A DNA stretch of 64,000 nt from Octopus vulgaris (GCA_951406725.2 OX597822.1:95542001-95606000); one strand, 5' to 3'. Shown: positions 12,869-26,024, counted from the first letter of the stretch. Notes: generated from the letters alone by a model not told the origin. Program-made: numbers and translations.

Positions 12869-13262
12869 TCTTTATATATAAAACTAAAGTTGTGTGAGAG
12901 TCTGTCTCCGACGATTTAGATTCCTAACTACTCCCACATTTTGCGGTGCAGTGTAACCAAAAGCGGGTATCTTATAGTCGTCATTCATATCGAGCCCTTC
13001 TGGGTATTAGCGCGAGTCTACGATTTAAAAAAAAATTACCATCATTCTTTCCCATTTTTAATGCATTTTTTTTGCTATTATATAAAGGAAGTAACTCTCT
13101 AAAAATGTATTATTAAATCTCAGAACGTAAAAAGCTACAGTAACACCACCACCCCCCTTTGTGGTTTGCCATATTGAGATGGCTATTATACTTTACATCT
13201 CTAAAAATCCTAATATAGTTATTTCCCTTACAAACCCGAGCAACGCCGGGCGATACTGCTAG
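12869..13262 (+). mobile_element. Non-autonomous Helitron
   Basis: A|TC(tttatatataaa) start, subterminal hairpin cccgagcaacgccggg, CTAG|T end, no TSD. Confidence 0.85.
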
Positions 13263-13534
13263 TTCTAGTTATATCAGCTTCGAAATTGTGATTTTCGAAG
13301 GCCAGTAATAGTTTCCTATATATATATAGTAGCTGGAATAGCTGGAGTATTACCTTATCTTCATTTCCCCGTCCTTTAGCCTATGATTCGTCTAAACCGA
13401 AATGTTTGTATGGATGGCTCTTATGTAAATCTCTGATTAATGTTATTGGTTTTAGCTGATCGTTCTCCTCCTCCTTCCACTCCATGTTTTCTCTTCTTTT
13501 TTCTTCCTGATCTCCTTCACCTTTTTCTTGTCTT

Positions 13535-13750
13535 CCTTCTTCTTCTTCTTCTTCTTCTTCTTCTTCTTCTTCTCTTCTCCTCCTCCTCCTTCTTCTTCTT
13601 CTTCTTCTTCTTCTTCTTCTTCTTCTTCTTCTTCTTCTTCTTCTTCTTCTTCTTCTTCTTCTTTCTCCACTAGTACTACTAGCTCCACTCCCACCATCTA
13701 CATTTCCATTATTATTATTATTATTATTATTTTTATTTTTTTAATTTCTT

Positions 13751-13840
<90 letters not shown>
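13535..13840. repeat. (CTT)n and (ATT)n microsatellites
   Basis: Directly visible; source of the poly-E/F/S/I ORFs. Confidence 0.95.
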
Positions 13841-13841
<1 letters not shown>

Positions 13842-16650
13842 CTTTTATCACCTTTGCACAGCTTCTAACGCTGGAGATGTACTACAGTGTCAGCTGCTCA
13901 ATAGCAGCGAACTAAAGTAACACCTCTTATTTTTCGAGCATCTTCCGGAATATTCGAGCGGTTCCAAGCAGTGCTGTTTTCTGCAAGTGCTCCATTCTTA
14001 TTGCAGCCCATATTTGTTCCACGTAATTCTTGAGATTTTTGCTCACTGTTCCCAGGGCTCCGACAATTATTGGTATTACTGCTACCTTTTTCATCGACCA
14101 CAACTGCTTAACTTCCCAAGCTAACCTGTCATACCTCTCGACTTTTCTTTCTTTCTTATCGCATACCTTGTCAGCTGGGAATGCTATATCTATGATCCAG
14201 CATAGTTTGTTTTCTTTCTCAATTAATACTATACCTGGCTTCCTATTCTTTATCTCATGGTCGCACTGAATCATAAAACCCATAGGATTTTTCCAATTCT
14301 ATTTTCCACAATGCCTTCAGGTTTGTAGTCGTACCAATTTTTGGCTCTGTCAAGTCCATACTTGTGGCAAAGTGTCCAGTGGACAAGCCTGGCTATATTA
14401 TCGTGACGTCTCTTATATTCCTTCTGGGCTAGTGGCATACATTGGCTGGTAATATGCCATACGGTTTCACCGTTTTGTCCACAGATTCTGCACTTATCAG
14501 TTGCTGCTGTGTTGTCTATTCTGTATTTTATGTAGTTTGTTCTTAGTCCTTGCTCTTGGGAAGCACAGATTAGAGCCACCGTTTCCGGTTTTAAATCACT
14601 TTTAGTCATCCACAGCCATCTTTTTTCTCTGTCTGTCTTACCTTCAACATCCCTATGAAATTGACCATGAATCATTTTCTTTACCCACCTATTTTCAGTT
14701 TCATTCGTTTTCAATTTCTTGTATAGTGATTTATCTTTACAATCTTTCATCCTACTCAAGCCTGACCTTCTTACCTCCAGTAATAGCGGTTCTGTGGAAT
14801 TTTTTCCATACCATACTATGTTGTTTTCATCTGCTCTAATGCTGTGTTCACACCCAATAAGTCCTCTCCCCGCTCTTTTTCTTGGTACATACAGTCTGTC
14901 TGTCACTTTTTGGGTGGAGTGACCCATATCTACATAGCAACTTCCTTGTCTTTCTGTCTAAGCTGTTTAATTCGTCTACTGTCCATGCGATTACTGCTGC
15001 TCCATATCTAAGGAGTGAAACCGCCCAGGTGTTGATAGCTTCGATCTTATTCCGTCTGTTTAATTTCGATTTAAGTATCAGTCTCAGTCTGCGCAAGTAT
15101 TCCACCTTAAATTTTTCTGCCATTTCTTTCGCCACCAATTTATCCATTTCCCAAATCCCCAAGAACTTATAGCCCGTCTCTTCTATCTGCTTCATAACCT
15201 CCCTCAACAATATCGTTAGCCCGTCCATACATTTGATTTTGCTCCTCTTCAAGACTAATTGATACACCACACTTTCTCAGTCCGAACTCCATTCTGATAT
15301 CAACACTGAAGGTATACACCGTATCAACGAGGGAACTGACTTGGACTTCATCTTCACTATAAAGTTTCAGGTCATCCATGAATAACAAATGGTTGACTTT
15401 TTATTGGCGGCTTTTGAATACATACACAGTTTTTGCTTTTCTCAGAATCAGTGTCAGTGGTATCAAGCACAGTACAAAGATCAGTGGGGACAGGCAGTCT
15501 CCTTGGAAGATGCCACTCTTAATTTCTACTGTCCCTAAACTTCTTCATGTGCTGTCAGGTCCGTCATCCAATTTGCCATACTTTTCCCAAGCAATTGCTC
15601 AACATTCGATGCAATCCCAAATAGGTTCATACACTCCATAATCCAAGAATGAGGGATGATATCGTACACCTTACGATAGTCGATCCATGACATAGCTAAG
15701 TTACTTTTCCTCCTCTTGCAGTCTCTAAGTACAGTTTTATCTATCAGGAATTGATCCTTGGTACCTCTGCACTTACGTTTGCAACCCTTCTGCCCATGTG
15801 GCAGGACTACATTTTTTCTAAATGTTCGTACATTGACTCTGCGGGTATTCCAGTCAATAACTTCCGCATAAGTGGCAAACAGGATATCGGCCTGTAATTG
15901 CCTACCGTATTACCTTTTTCGATGTTTTTCAGGCACAGCACTGTCCTACCCAATGTCAACCACACTGGTGTTGCTTAGTCGGCATTTAGGAAGGTGTTGA
16001 GTTGCTCACATTCGCCAAATCTTTTGATCCAGTAGCCTTGAACTCCATCGGGTTCCGGGGCCTTCCAGTTACTCATGTTTTTATTACTGACTAGCAGTAT
16101 CGCCCGGCGTTGCTCAGGTTTGTAAGGGAAATAACTATAAAGCATTTTTAGAGAGTTATAGCCAAAAAATAGCAAAAAAATGGAAAAAAAAATGATGGTA
16201 AATTTTTTTTTTTTGAGAGTTAAAAAAGGTGGAGTTGCGTCCCCTAGACGGTCTGTGGTTTGGGTTTCTGATTCTCGACCCCATGTCGAATTTATCGATT
16301 TTTTTCAGAACTGGGGGAACTTTTCAAAATTTTCGCTGCGTTAGTTTTGAATTATGACATTGGGCTATGCGTGTGTCAAGTTTCATCAGAATCGGTTGAA
16401 AGCCGTGGTCAGGTGAGGGTACGAGAAAACAGACACACAGAAACACGCACAGACAAACTGCCGTTTATATATAGAGAGATTTCTTTTACTTCCCTAACTG
16501 AAATGACTAGTTCTGCCTGTTTTGGACAGACTACTGTTTGTTTCAGTTCTTGCAACCATTCAACATCCTCCTTGTGCTCCTTGTTTTTGCTCCTGATGTC
16601 ACTCCAAAACCTTTGACTTTCAATCTTATCTGGTATCAACTTTTCACCTG
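13841..16650 (-). mobile_element. 5'-truncated R4/Dong-like LINE (RT, CCHC knuckle, restriction-like endonuclease), decayed
   Basis: Minus-strand pieces WKAPEPDGVQGYWIK, LFMDDLKLY, YKFLG, CRICGQNGETVWHITSQC...RRHD, RKPGIVLIEK...IIDIAFP, QKTALLGTARI. The 3' end abuts (TAA)n. Confidence 0.92.
16091..16479 (-). mobile_element. Non-autonomous Helitron inserted in the LINE
   Basis: Minus strand A|TCTCTCTATATATAAA ... hairpin ... CTAG|T. Removing it restores the LINE frame (EVKEI-SNKNMSNWKAP). Its 3' ~60 bp are shared with the 12869 Helitron. Confidence 0.9.
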
Positions 16651-16651
16651 T

Positions 16652-17010
16652 AGTGGTTGCAAGTACTGATTTTACTGAGGAGATCTTCTGTACTCACACA
16701 GACATCTGGTGACATATCTATGACAGGTCGTAATACCCGTGAGAGAAAGTAGGACAGTCTATAATTGTTGGAGATATTCGCTCCGTAAACTGGTCGGGTT
16801 GGGGCCCCAAGACAGGGTTTATGTAGTATTTATGATCTTTGCGTAACTCGTATAATGTAGGAACATCATCCGACTGATCGTTGGATGCTTGGAAATTGTG
16901 TGTAGTCTGTTTCTTAGGTTGGTGTATGTTGCACCACATTCCCATGTGTGGATTGAGGAGTTTTTCCACTCTTTGATGTTCCTGAGATGCAACTTCTCTC
17001 ATGCTACTGA
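16652..17010 (-). mobile_element. Penelope-like reverse transcriptase fragment
   Basis: VPTLYELRKDHK, then after a frameshift TRPVYGANISNNYRLSYFLSRVLRPVIDMSPDVCVSTEDLLSKI, matching the PLE RT P.LY.L.K.HK...RP...LS..L...L.P......ST motif. Confidence 0.7.
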
Positions 17011-17074
17011 TGTGTTGTTTCGAGGCCAGTAGCCCGCAAGACTCGACACAGACAAAGTAAACCAGAGTGAAGGA

Positions 17075-17660
17075 GAAGAATGGCTCAAATGTTCTGGTCT
17101 ACAAGCTGAAGCAGAAGGTTGAATTTTAAATGCACAGGACGATTGCCTAGCTTTTAATATTCAGACAAAAATGTAAACGAGGTATTAACATCAAGTCCAG
17201 ATTACGTAATCATAGAGACTATTGAATGCATTATGAAGGCAGTGAGCTGGCAGACACGTTAGCACGCCGGGCGAAATGCGTAGCCGTATTTCGTCTGCCG
17301 TTACGTTCTGAGTTCAAATTCCGCCGAGGTCGACTTTGCCTTTCATCGTTTCGGGGTCGATAAATAAAGTACCAGCTACGCACTGGGGTCGATGTAATCG
17401 ACTTAATCACTTTGTCTGTCCTTGTTTATCCCCTCTGTGTTTAGCCCCTTGTGGGCAGTAAAGAAATATATTGAATGCATTATTTCCGGCGGCTTCCTTC
17501 TAGCCAATTCTGAATATGTGTAAAGACACTATCGATTTAGCAGTCACATCATCTGAGCATTATACTGACACCTAGCGGATAAGAAATGTTATAATAATCT
17601 ACCAAACACGTTACATGACAATATCCTGATCACCATTATGTCGGATATACATGTTCCGAC
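17075..17660 (+). mobile_element. Degraded RLE-LINE C-terminal fragment interrupted by a SINE
   Basis: WLKCSGLQAEAEG*ILNAQDDCL, ETIECI/ISG...LANSEYV*RH and ITIMSDIHVPTDH motifs. Confidence 0.65.
17236..17468 (+). mobile_element. SINE family C with target-site duplication
   Basis: Full-length copy flanked by the direct repeat tattgaatgcattat. Confidence 0.9.
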
Positions 17661-18610
17661 TGATCATCATTAAGTAGGGTATACATGTTCCGACTGATCA
17701 CCATTATGTAGGATATACATGTTCCGACTGATCACCATTATGTAGGATATACATGTTCCGACTGATCACCATTATGTAGGATATACATGTTCCGACTGAT
17801 CATCATTATGTAGGATATACATGTTCCGACTGATCACCATTATGTAGGATATACATGTTCCGACTGATCACCATTATGTAGGGTATACATGTTCCGACTG
17901 ATCACCATTATGTAGGAGATACATGTTCCGACTGATCATCATTATGTAGGATATACATGTTCCGACTGATCACCATTATGTAGGATATACATGTTCCGAC
18001 TGATCATCATTATGTAGGATATACATGTTCCGACTGATCATCATTATGTAGGATATACATGTTCCGACTGATCATCATTATGTAGGATATACATGTTCCG
18101 ACTGATCACCATTATGTAGGATATACATGTTCCGACTGATCATCATTATGTAGGATATACATGTTCCGACTGATCACCATTATGTAGGGTATACATGTTC
18201 CGACTGATCACCATTATGTAGGGTATACATGTTCCGACTGATCACCATTAAGTAGGATATACATGTTCCGACTGATCATCATTATGTAGGATATACATGT
18301 TCCGACTGATCACCATTATGTAGGGTATACCTGTTCCGACTGATCATCATTATGTAGGATATACATGTTCCGACTGATCATCATTATGTAGGATATACAT
18401 GTTCCGACTGAACACTATTATGTAGAGTATACATGTTCCGACTGATCATCATTATGTAGGATATACATGTTCCGACTGATCACCATTATGTAGGGTATAC
18501 ATGTTCCGACTGATCACCATTATGTAGGGTATACATGTTCCGACTGATCACCATTATGTAGGATATACATGTTCCGACTGATCACCATTATGTAGGAGAT
18601 ACATGTTCCG
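17627..18610 (+). repeat. 34-bp minisatellite, about 29 copies
   Basis: Unit tgatca(c/t)cattatgtagg(a/g)tatacatgttccgac, head-to-tail with no spacers. Confidence 0.97.
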
Positions 18611-19216
18611 CATGTTCCGACAAACACGCACACATTCAGCCCGCGCATGCGCACACACACATGGCGCATATACAATGAATCCCTAAATGAACAACACATG
18701 AAGAACACAGTATGACAAATAGAGCATTGAATTAAGACTTAAAGGGAAATTACGTAATCATAGAGACTATTGAATGCATTATGAAGCCAGTGAGCTGACA
18801 GAAACGTTAGCACGCCGGGCGAATTCAATAGTCTCTATGATTACGAAACTTCGCATTTTTTTTCATTAATCGGAAGAAAAAGGAGAGAAATCTTGCAAGA
18901 TAAATAGACATTGAAAAAATCGGGGAGAAGAGCCAGAAACCAGGTGAGAATGCTATTCTACAAATGAAGTTAAAAAGCGAGGAATGTGTGTGTGTATATG
19001 TGTGTGTGTGTCTGTGTTTGTGCCTGGTGTGAGTGTGTGTGTGTGTTTATGCATGTATAAGAGTGTAGTTGTGTCTGGAAACGGGATTAAGGGGAGCGAT
19101 ATGTGTGTGTTAGTGAGATGTAGTGTGTGAACAGTGGTGTACAAGCATGAAAGTATGGCATTGGTTAGTGGGTGTATGGTTGCTGATACATATGTATGTC
19201 AATGTATGTAATCTCT

Positions 19217-19465
19217 TTCTTTACTACCCACAAGTGGCTAAACACAGAGAGGACAAACAATGACAGACAAACAGATTAAGTCGATTATATCGACCCCAGT
19301 ACGTAACTGGTACTTATTTAATCGAACCCGAAAGGATGAAAGGCAAAGTCGACCTCGGCGGAATTTGAACTCAGAACGTAGCGGCAGACGAAATACCGAT
19401 AAGCATTTCGCCCGGCGTGCTAACGATTCTGCCAGCTCGCCGCCTTATGCCAGCTCGCCGCCTTA
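19217..19465 (-). mobile_element. SINE family C with duplicated head
   Basis: Family homology; tgccagctcgccgcctta occurs twice in tandem. Confidence 0.85.
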
Positions 19466-19955
19466 GTCAATGTATGTAATGTCAATGTCAATGTATGTAA
19501 TCGTTCAGTGGGTGGTGTGAAACCGTGCATATAAAGAGATGAAAGGCGCGTGTGAATGACAGGAAATAAAGTATTGATAAACACATGGTTTAGAAAAAGA
19601 AAGGTGCGTGAAAAAGTAGTAAGGGTGTGAGATCGATTAAAAAAAAACAAAAAAAAAAAAAAAACGAAGGAAGGGTTAAACTAAAATTTGAAAGTGTGGG
19701 ATATTGTATGAATTCTGTGAATCGAAGAAAATTTTAAGTAATTGGTTACAATTACGCAACAATGGCAAATGTCCGGGGAGTTTAGAAGAGTGTCCATAGA
19801 ATAATAAGAAACTAAAGAAAAATCTACGAACAATGTCTGAGTTGTTCATCTTTCTGCGGTCTATAAAAATAAATACCAATCTAGCACTAGGGTCAAATTT
19901 ACCGATTAATGCTTCTCCTTAAAATTTCCAATCATGTGCCTAAATTAGAAACATA

Positions 19956-19987
<32 letters not shown>

Positions 19988-20474
19988 GAGTGAGCGAGCA
20001 GAGCATGCCATCAAAGTGACACTGGGGTAAAATATACGAAGCCCAGTATACCCATCATGACTACCCGTCTGATAAAGGTACACCAGGCACATGCATCACA
20101 ACCATATGTGCGCGACATGGTGATCTCATATCAAGATAAACAGCACATGACCTTGCAGGTGGGGCCCAGTTAGAATTTTCTTCAGATCGAGTAACCCATC
20201 CCGCTCAAAAGGTCCCTGAATAAGGGTTGTTTAAGGACGTTGAACGAAACACCCATGTTTCCAGAGGTGAATTATTCAAACCCCAAAGAATCCTTCTCAA
20301 CACATGGCTATGATGCTCCCCCACTACTTCTGCTCGCGATCAGAGATGCACGTATCGTCAGCCACTAAGGGACATGCTCAACTGGTTAAGGTCAAACAAC
20401 TGACAAGCAAATCTGTGGTATTGAGCAGAATATTTGCTGTAGCCCATCTTTTATACCAAGACAAAACAATGTAC
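19988..20474 (-). mobile_element. Retroposon 3' end with (AAT)n tail, embedded in an AAT microsatellite
   Basis: Same sequence in reverse complement at 47066-47250 and 49008-49191, each ending ...ctcactc(aat)n. Confidence 0.7.
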
Positions 20475-20500
20475 CATTAATATTATTATTATTATGATTA

Positions 20501-20900
20501 TTATTGCTAGCTGACAGAATCGTTAGTACACCGGACAAAATGCTTAGCGGTATTTCGCCCGTCGCTACGTTCTGCGTTCAAATTCCGCCGTGGTCGACTT
20601 TGCCTTTCATCCTTTTAGTCAAGTATTGGGGTCGATGTAATCGACTAATCCCCACCCCAACAAATTTCAGGCCTTGTGTCTTTATTAGAATGAGTTATTA
20701 TCAATTATTGCTAGCTGACAGAATCGTTAGTACACCGGGCAAAATGCTTAGCGGTATTTCGCCCGTCGCTACGTTCTGCGTTCAAATTCCGCCGTGGTCG
20801 ACTTTGCCTTTCATCCTTTTAGTCAAGTACTGGGGTCGATGTAATCGACTAATCCCCACCCCAACAAATTTCAGGCCTTGTGTCTTTAGTAGAATAAGTT
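20501..20900 (+). repeat. Tandem duplication (204-bp period) of a SINE C copy
   Basis: Two near-identical units starting at 20501 and 20705 share the same internal deletion; this explains the repeated 237-aa ORF. Confidence 0.9.
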
Positions 20901-20901
20901 A

Positions 20902-20956
<55 letters not shown>

Positions 20957-20973
20957 TATTGTTGTTGTTGTTG

Positions 20974-21034
<61 letters not shown>

Positions 21035-21051
21035 TATTGTTGTTGTTGTTG

Positions 21052-21085
<34 letters not shown>

Positions 21086-21229
21086 GGTGGCGAGCTGTCA
21101 GAATCTTTAGGACGCCGGGCGAAATGCCTAGCGGCATTTCGTCCGTCTTTACGTTCAAATTCCGCCGAGGTCAACTTCGCCTTTCATCCTTTCGGACTCG
21201 ATAGATTAAGTAGGTGATTGCATTAACCA

Positions 21230-23420
21230 AAAATAATACGATCCTAAGATAACAACAACAGAAATTAATATAAATCTGGCCATTGTGGGTTTAGTAAAAT
21301 TAAACATGAACATTAATATAATCAAGTTTAATGAAATAACATAGAAATAGCCACAGTAGATACATAGAAGTGTGGGTATTGTTTCTCAAATGCTCATATA
21401 TCATATCAAGACACAAAGATAATAAGGAAAAAAAGCTTAAATAAAAATAACAATTGTCAATGAATAAATAAGAAGGGATATGTAATACAAAATATATTTT
21501 AAAAAAAGCGAAAACAGAAGTACCTAAAATTGAAGAACATCTGAAGTTAATTATTTATTCTCGCAAATTCGCAGTGAATCTGTCGGTATGAAAACGATAA
21601 GGTTGTACACAAAATAGATCGAATTCAGATGAAATACAGTTTCATCAAAACATGGGTAAGAAGTAAGCTTTCACTAAAAATCGTAAGAGAAAGAATGGCT
21701 TTAACATTGCATGACATGACTTCCCCAGACATATATCCTTAGAAACATTAACCACGGATAATATAGCACCAGTAAGCAATTACATTAAATGCATCTTGAG
21801 TAAATGGCGAACTGTGCTACTGATCACCGTTAACCATCATGATAAGCTCAATACGACTTGAATCGAGATGCTACTGGAGGACAATCAACGAACTTTTGAC
21901 AGCCTCAGTTTGTACGCCATACATTATAAACAACTAGAAACGCTAGACTGTGCAAAGGTTTACTAAAGAAATTGACATGTTTCGAATTAGGAAAATGTGC
22001 CAAAGGATCCGTGAAAGGAAGAAAATTAAGAACGCTAGCATAACGTTAGATAAAGGAACGGAAATAAGGAGATTAGAACGAATATAGAATTTACAAATAC
22101 ATACAAACTAGCTAACTAGACAGAATACACCATGCATGTACATGAAAGGAAAGCTTAGAAAGAAAATTGTAGGCTTATTATAATATAAAATAAAGCAGAA
22201 ATACATGAAAAGTTATAGTATCAGATAAAAAAAAGGGATCTTTTCGGTTTGACCGGCAGTTTTTTAAAATAATTTCCACGTAACTAAACACTTTTAAACT
22301 TCGTATAATGGTAGAATGTGTTTATAAAACATCTTTTTCTCTTGGCTTTATTGAGAAAATTCTATAGTTTGTAAGATATTTGTTATTTTTTTCTTCAATT
22401 TCTGCAATTTCAACCAATCAATGACGTCTATTAAGGGGAAAAACATTCTGTGTCGTATGAATATATCCCTCGTTTAGAAACAAATTGGGTTTATTTACAT
22501 TTTTTAAGAAAAAAAGATACCCTTGCCCCCACCCCTAACCCTAACCCTAACCCTAAAACAGATTGAAATTCAATAGATCGATACTAGGGTCATAATAATG
22601 GGTGACAATTTCATATGACACCGCTAGAAAAAACTGTCGTTCAAACCGAAAAGATCCAAAAAAAGTACTGTAGCCATTAAAGTGATAAATTACAGTTATA
22701 ATTTTCTCAAGTAGACACTAAATGAATTAACAAGAGTTGACAGAAAATGAGAAAAGTGAAGTAAGAATTGCCTTCAGAATACACCATTTAATCCTGGCAT
22801 CATATTTACTATAAATACAAGCAAATAATGCTTGTATGAAAAAAGAAATGCAAGCAATTAGTGATTATATGAAAAAAAATACTAGCAAATAATGCCTGTA
22901 CGAAAATAGAAACCTATTATAAAAACTCAAAGATATCTTGTGAGGGACAATGGAAAACTGATATAAATAGCTAAAAGACACGAAAAAAATACTAAAATCA
23001 GTTTTAAGCTTTCAATGAGGCCAGCAACTGCTATACAGAGGACTGAAATGACGCACTTATAAGAAGAAAGGAGAAACAAGAGAAACTGAATAAATTCTAA
23101 AACTAGAATAATGCGGCAACAGAATACTATGATAAAATGGTGACTAGAAAAGCATCTACATGGCCAGTACCTGAAAAGACAGAACAGGGTGAAAATATGC
23201 GTAGGTAAATTGTTGCACTGGGCAAGACTTAAGGATTGTTGACTGTACAGCAGAAACCAACAAAATTATGTAATGAAGCAGAATACATCAAACAGATGTA
23301 AAATACGCGGAGGCTGAACCAAAAATATTAATCACGTTGCCTCTCGTTATACTATATTACTTAATCAAGAAAGAATATATCTAAGACATGACAGTTACAT
23401 TTATCACACACAAAACATTA
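21230..23420 (+). mobile_element. Heavily degraded R4/Dong-like LINE
   Basis: Scattered remnants in the expected order: FELGKCAK, YKY, KHLHGQY, CKIRGG*TKNINHV...YLRHD; many stops. Confidence 0.6.
22236..22657. mobile_element. MITE with ~30-bp TIRs, 8-bp TSD and internal (CCCTAA)4
   Basis: TIR ggatcttttcggtttgaccggcagtttttt / aaaaaactgtcgttcaaaccgaaaagatcc; aaaaaaag on both sides; ccctaa x4 at 22533-22556. Confidence 0.85.
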
Positions 23421-23864
23421 TGCAATCAAATATAAACAGAGAAAACAATACTCTGGGCTGTGGCAGTCCGCGCAGACGATAATATTTCTAAATGAAATAA
23501 AGAAATTATCCAAATATAGCAAGAATGACGTATGCATTGCATTGATTCTTAATACGGTTCGGAAGACGCGGTCGTGCATATACTGTTGAATTTCACATTT
23601 AGAGAATAACATCTCCTTTAAGACAATGTATATTCACAACACAAAGATTCGTTGAACTAAGGAGACTGCGAGACACTGTAGAATTTCGTCCTGGTTGTGT
23701 CTCTTGACCAGAAATGGCCTGAACTCTTTGTATGACCACCCTCCTTGTACATAACTCCCTGTCCCCCTACATGGCCTTGCTTTTGCTTTTTGAGCCAATA
23801 AAAATTGAATTGAATTGAAAAGATCTACACAAATATTGTTGCTCCTTGTTTATGGAGGGGAGGA

Positions 23865-24245
23865 AGCACTCGGTCGGTTACGACGACGAGGGTTCCCGTT
23901 GATCCGAATCAACGGAACAGCCTGCTCGTGAAATTAACGTGTAAGTGGCCGAGCACTCTACAGACACGTGTACCCTTAACGCAGTTCTCGGGGATATTCA
24001 GCGTGACCCAGAGAGTGACAAGGCCGGCCCTTTGAAATACAGGTACAACAGAAACAGGAAGTAAGAGTGAGAAAAAGTTGTGGTGAAAGAGTACAGCAGG
24101 GATCACCACCATCCCCTGCCGGAGCCTCGTGGAGCTTTAGGTGTTTTCGCTCAATAAACACTCACAACGCCCGGTCTGGGAATCGAAACCGCGATCCTAT
24201 GACCGCGAGTCCGCTGCCCTAACCACTGGGCCATTGCGCCTCCAC
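23865..24245 (-). mobile_element. SINE family B (tail type 2) with TSD
   Basis: tRNA-like head at the right end; direct repeat gctccttgtttat on both flanks. Confidence 0.9.
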
Positions 24246-25160
24246 GCTCCTTGTTTATAGAACTCAGTTAAAACAAATTATTTGCGGATGCGTGCTGATG
24301 GCTGCCAAACCGATAATAATTCAAGTGTACGAAAAACACTGAGAATCAAAGCAATGAAGTAAATATTCATTCTTATTACATCTTGCCAGATTCGAACGTG
24401 AATGAACCAATCGTTATTGTATTTTGTTCATGGAGAACACCTTGTTCTTTCAGACAATGTGTGTTTACAGTTCACTCGATTTATCGAACCAAGAAAAACC
24501 TTGAGACTCTGAGATGTTTCCTCTGGTTGTATCTCTTCAGAGAAAGATAGCCCAGGATGAATAATCTAAATAAGAATTGTGGATCTCGTTTATAGAATCC
24601 AACAAATATATATTAATAGAGATAACTATAACAATAGGTGCCGCGGGAATGATTGAAGACGACTCAGACATTTGTCTGACATTTGTCAGACACAGCAAAA
24701 CACTCAGAATTACTGATGAAAGCAACAGTCTAGACAATGTTAAGGATGAACACAATTTAACATCACTAGGCACGACGAAGATAAGTATGTTATATGCAAT
24801 GAGTACTTTCAGAGAAGCAGGTAAATGTAAAACGAAAACAAAACACTGCACGTACATAATACACACAGAAAAGCGAAAACGCATATTAAAAATGAAATTA
24901 TCGAATAATATTAACAAAACTTTTATTGTCCGCAACAACAGAGATATCAAAAGCACCATCAACAACAAGAATATTGATGATAATTGCTGAGTTTAATTTA
25001 ATCAAAATATTGGATTTTAGGGTAAAGTTTAGTCTGTTACAGCGGCTCCAGTACCTGGCTGGTACTTTATTCTAGCGACATCACAAGGATGAATGGTAAA
25101 GTGGAGGAACAAACAGCACACCAGAAACCACCAAAAGTTTACTACTACTACTACTACTAT

Positions 25161-25215
<55 letters not shown>

Positions 25216-25343
25216 GATGCTGCTGCTGCTGCTAACACAAGTGATGATGATATTGTCTTCTAATTTTCGCACAAGGCCAGCAATTTTGAGGGAAGGGGTT
25301 AAGTCGATCACATTATCCTGACTTGAACTTAATTTTATCGAAA

Positions 25344-25425
<82 letters not shown>

Positions 25426-25427
25426 TA

Positions 25428-25476
<49 letters not shown>

Positions 25477-25508
25477 TAATAATAGTAATAATAATAATAA
25501 TAATAATG

Positions 25509-25554
<46 letters not shown>

Positions 25555-25559
25555 TAATA

Positions 25560-25590
<31 letters not shown>

Positions 25591-25611
25591 ATATTATTAT
25601 TATTATTTCAA

Positions 25612-25976
25612 ATATTTGCCACAAGAGCAGCTTGGGGGCAGTGGGATGAGTCGATTACATCAAACGCAGTGTTCAATTGGTACTTATTTTATTGGCCCCC
25701 CGAAAGGATGAGAGGCAAATTTGAACCCAGAACGTAGCGACGAGCGAAATACCTACTTCTTTACTGCCTACAAGGCGCTACACACAGATGGGACAAACAG
25801 GGACACACAAATTAGATTAGATCGACTCCAGTGCGTAACTGGTACTTAATTTATCGACCCCGAAAGGATGAAAGGCAAATTCGACCTCGGCGGAATTTGA
25901 ACTCAGAACATAACGGCAGACGAAATACTGCTAAGCATTTCGCCCGGCGTGCAAACGATTCTGCCAGCTCGCCGCC

Positions 25977-26024
<48 letters not shown>

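Noticed and set aside
17627-18610. CRISPR-like 34-bp repeat array
   Set aside because: Units are contiguous with no unique spacers, no cas genes are present, and the context is eukaryotic; it is a minisatellite.
20504-21217. 237-aa ORF with an internal repeat
   Set aside because: Read-through of a duplicated SINE and an (ATT/GTT)n tract.
22533-22556. Telomere or chromosome-fusion site
   Set aside because: Only four repeats, internal to a TIR element.
24505-24546. Minus-strand CTGAAGA...GAAA hammerhead candidate
   Set aside because: Stem II cannot pair; the sequence resembles the LINE 3' region at ~23670-23705.
24577-24990. 137-aa ORF as a host gene
   Set aside because: ITIGAAGMI...KTLRI resembles the decayed tail of an RLE LINE endonuclease; no other coding support.
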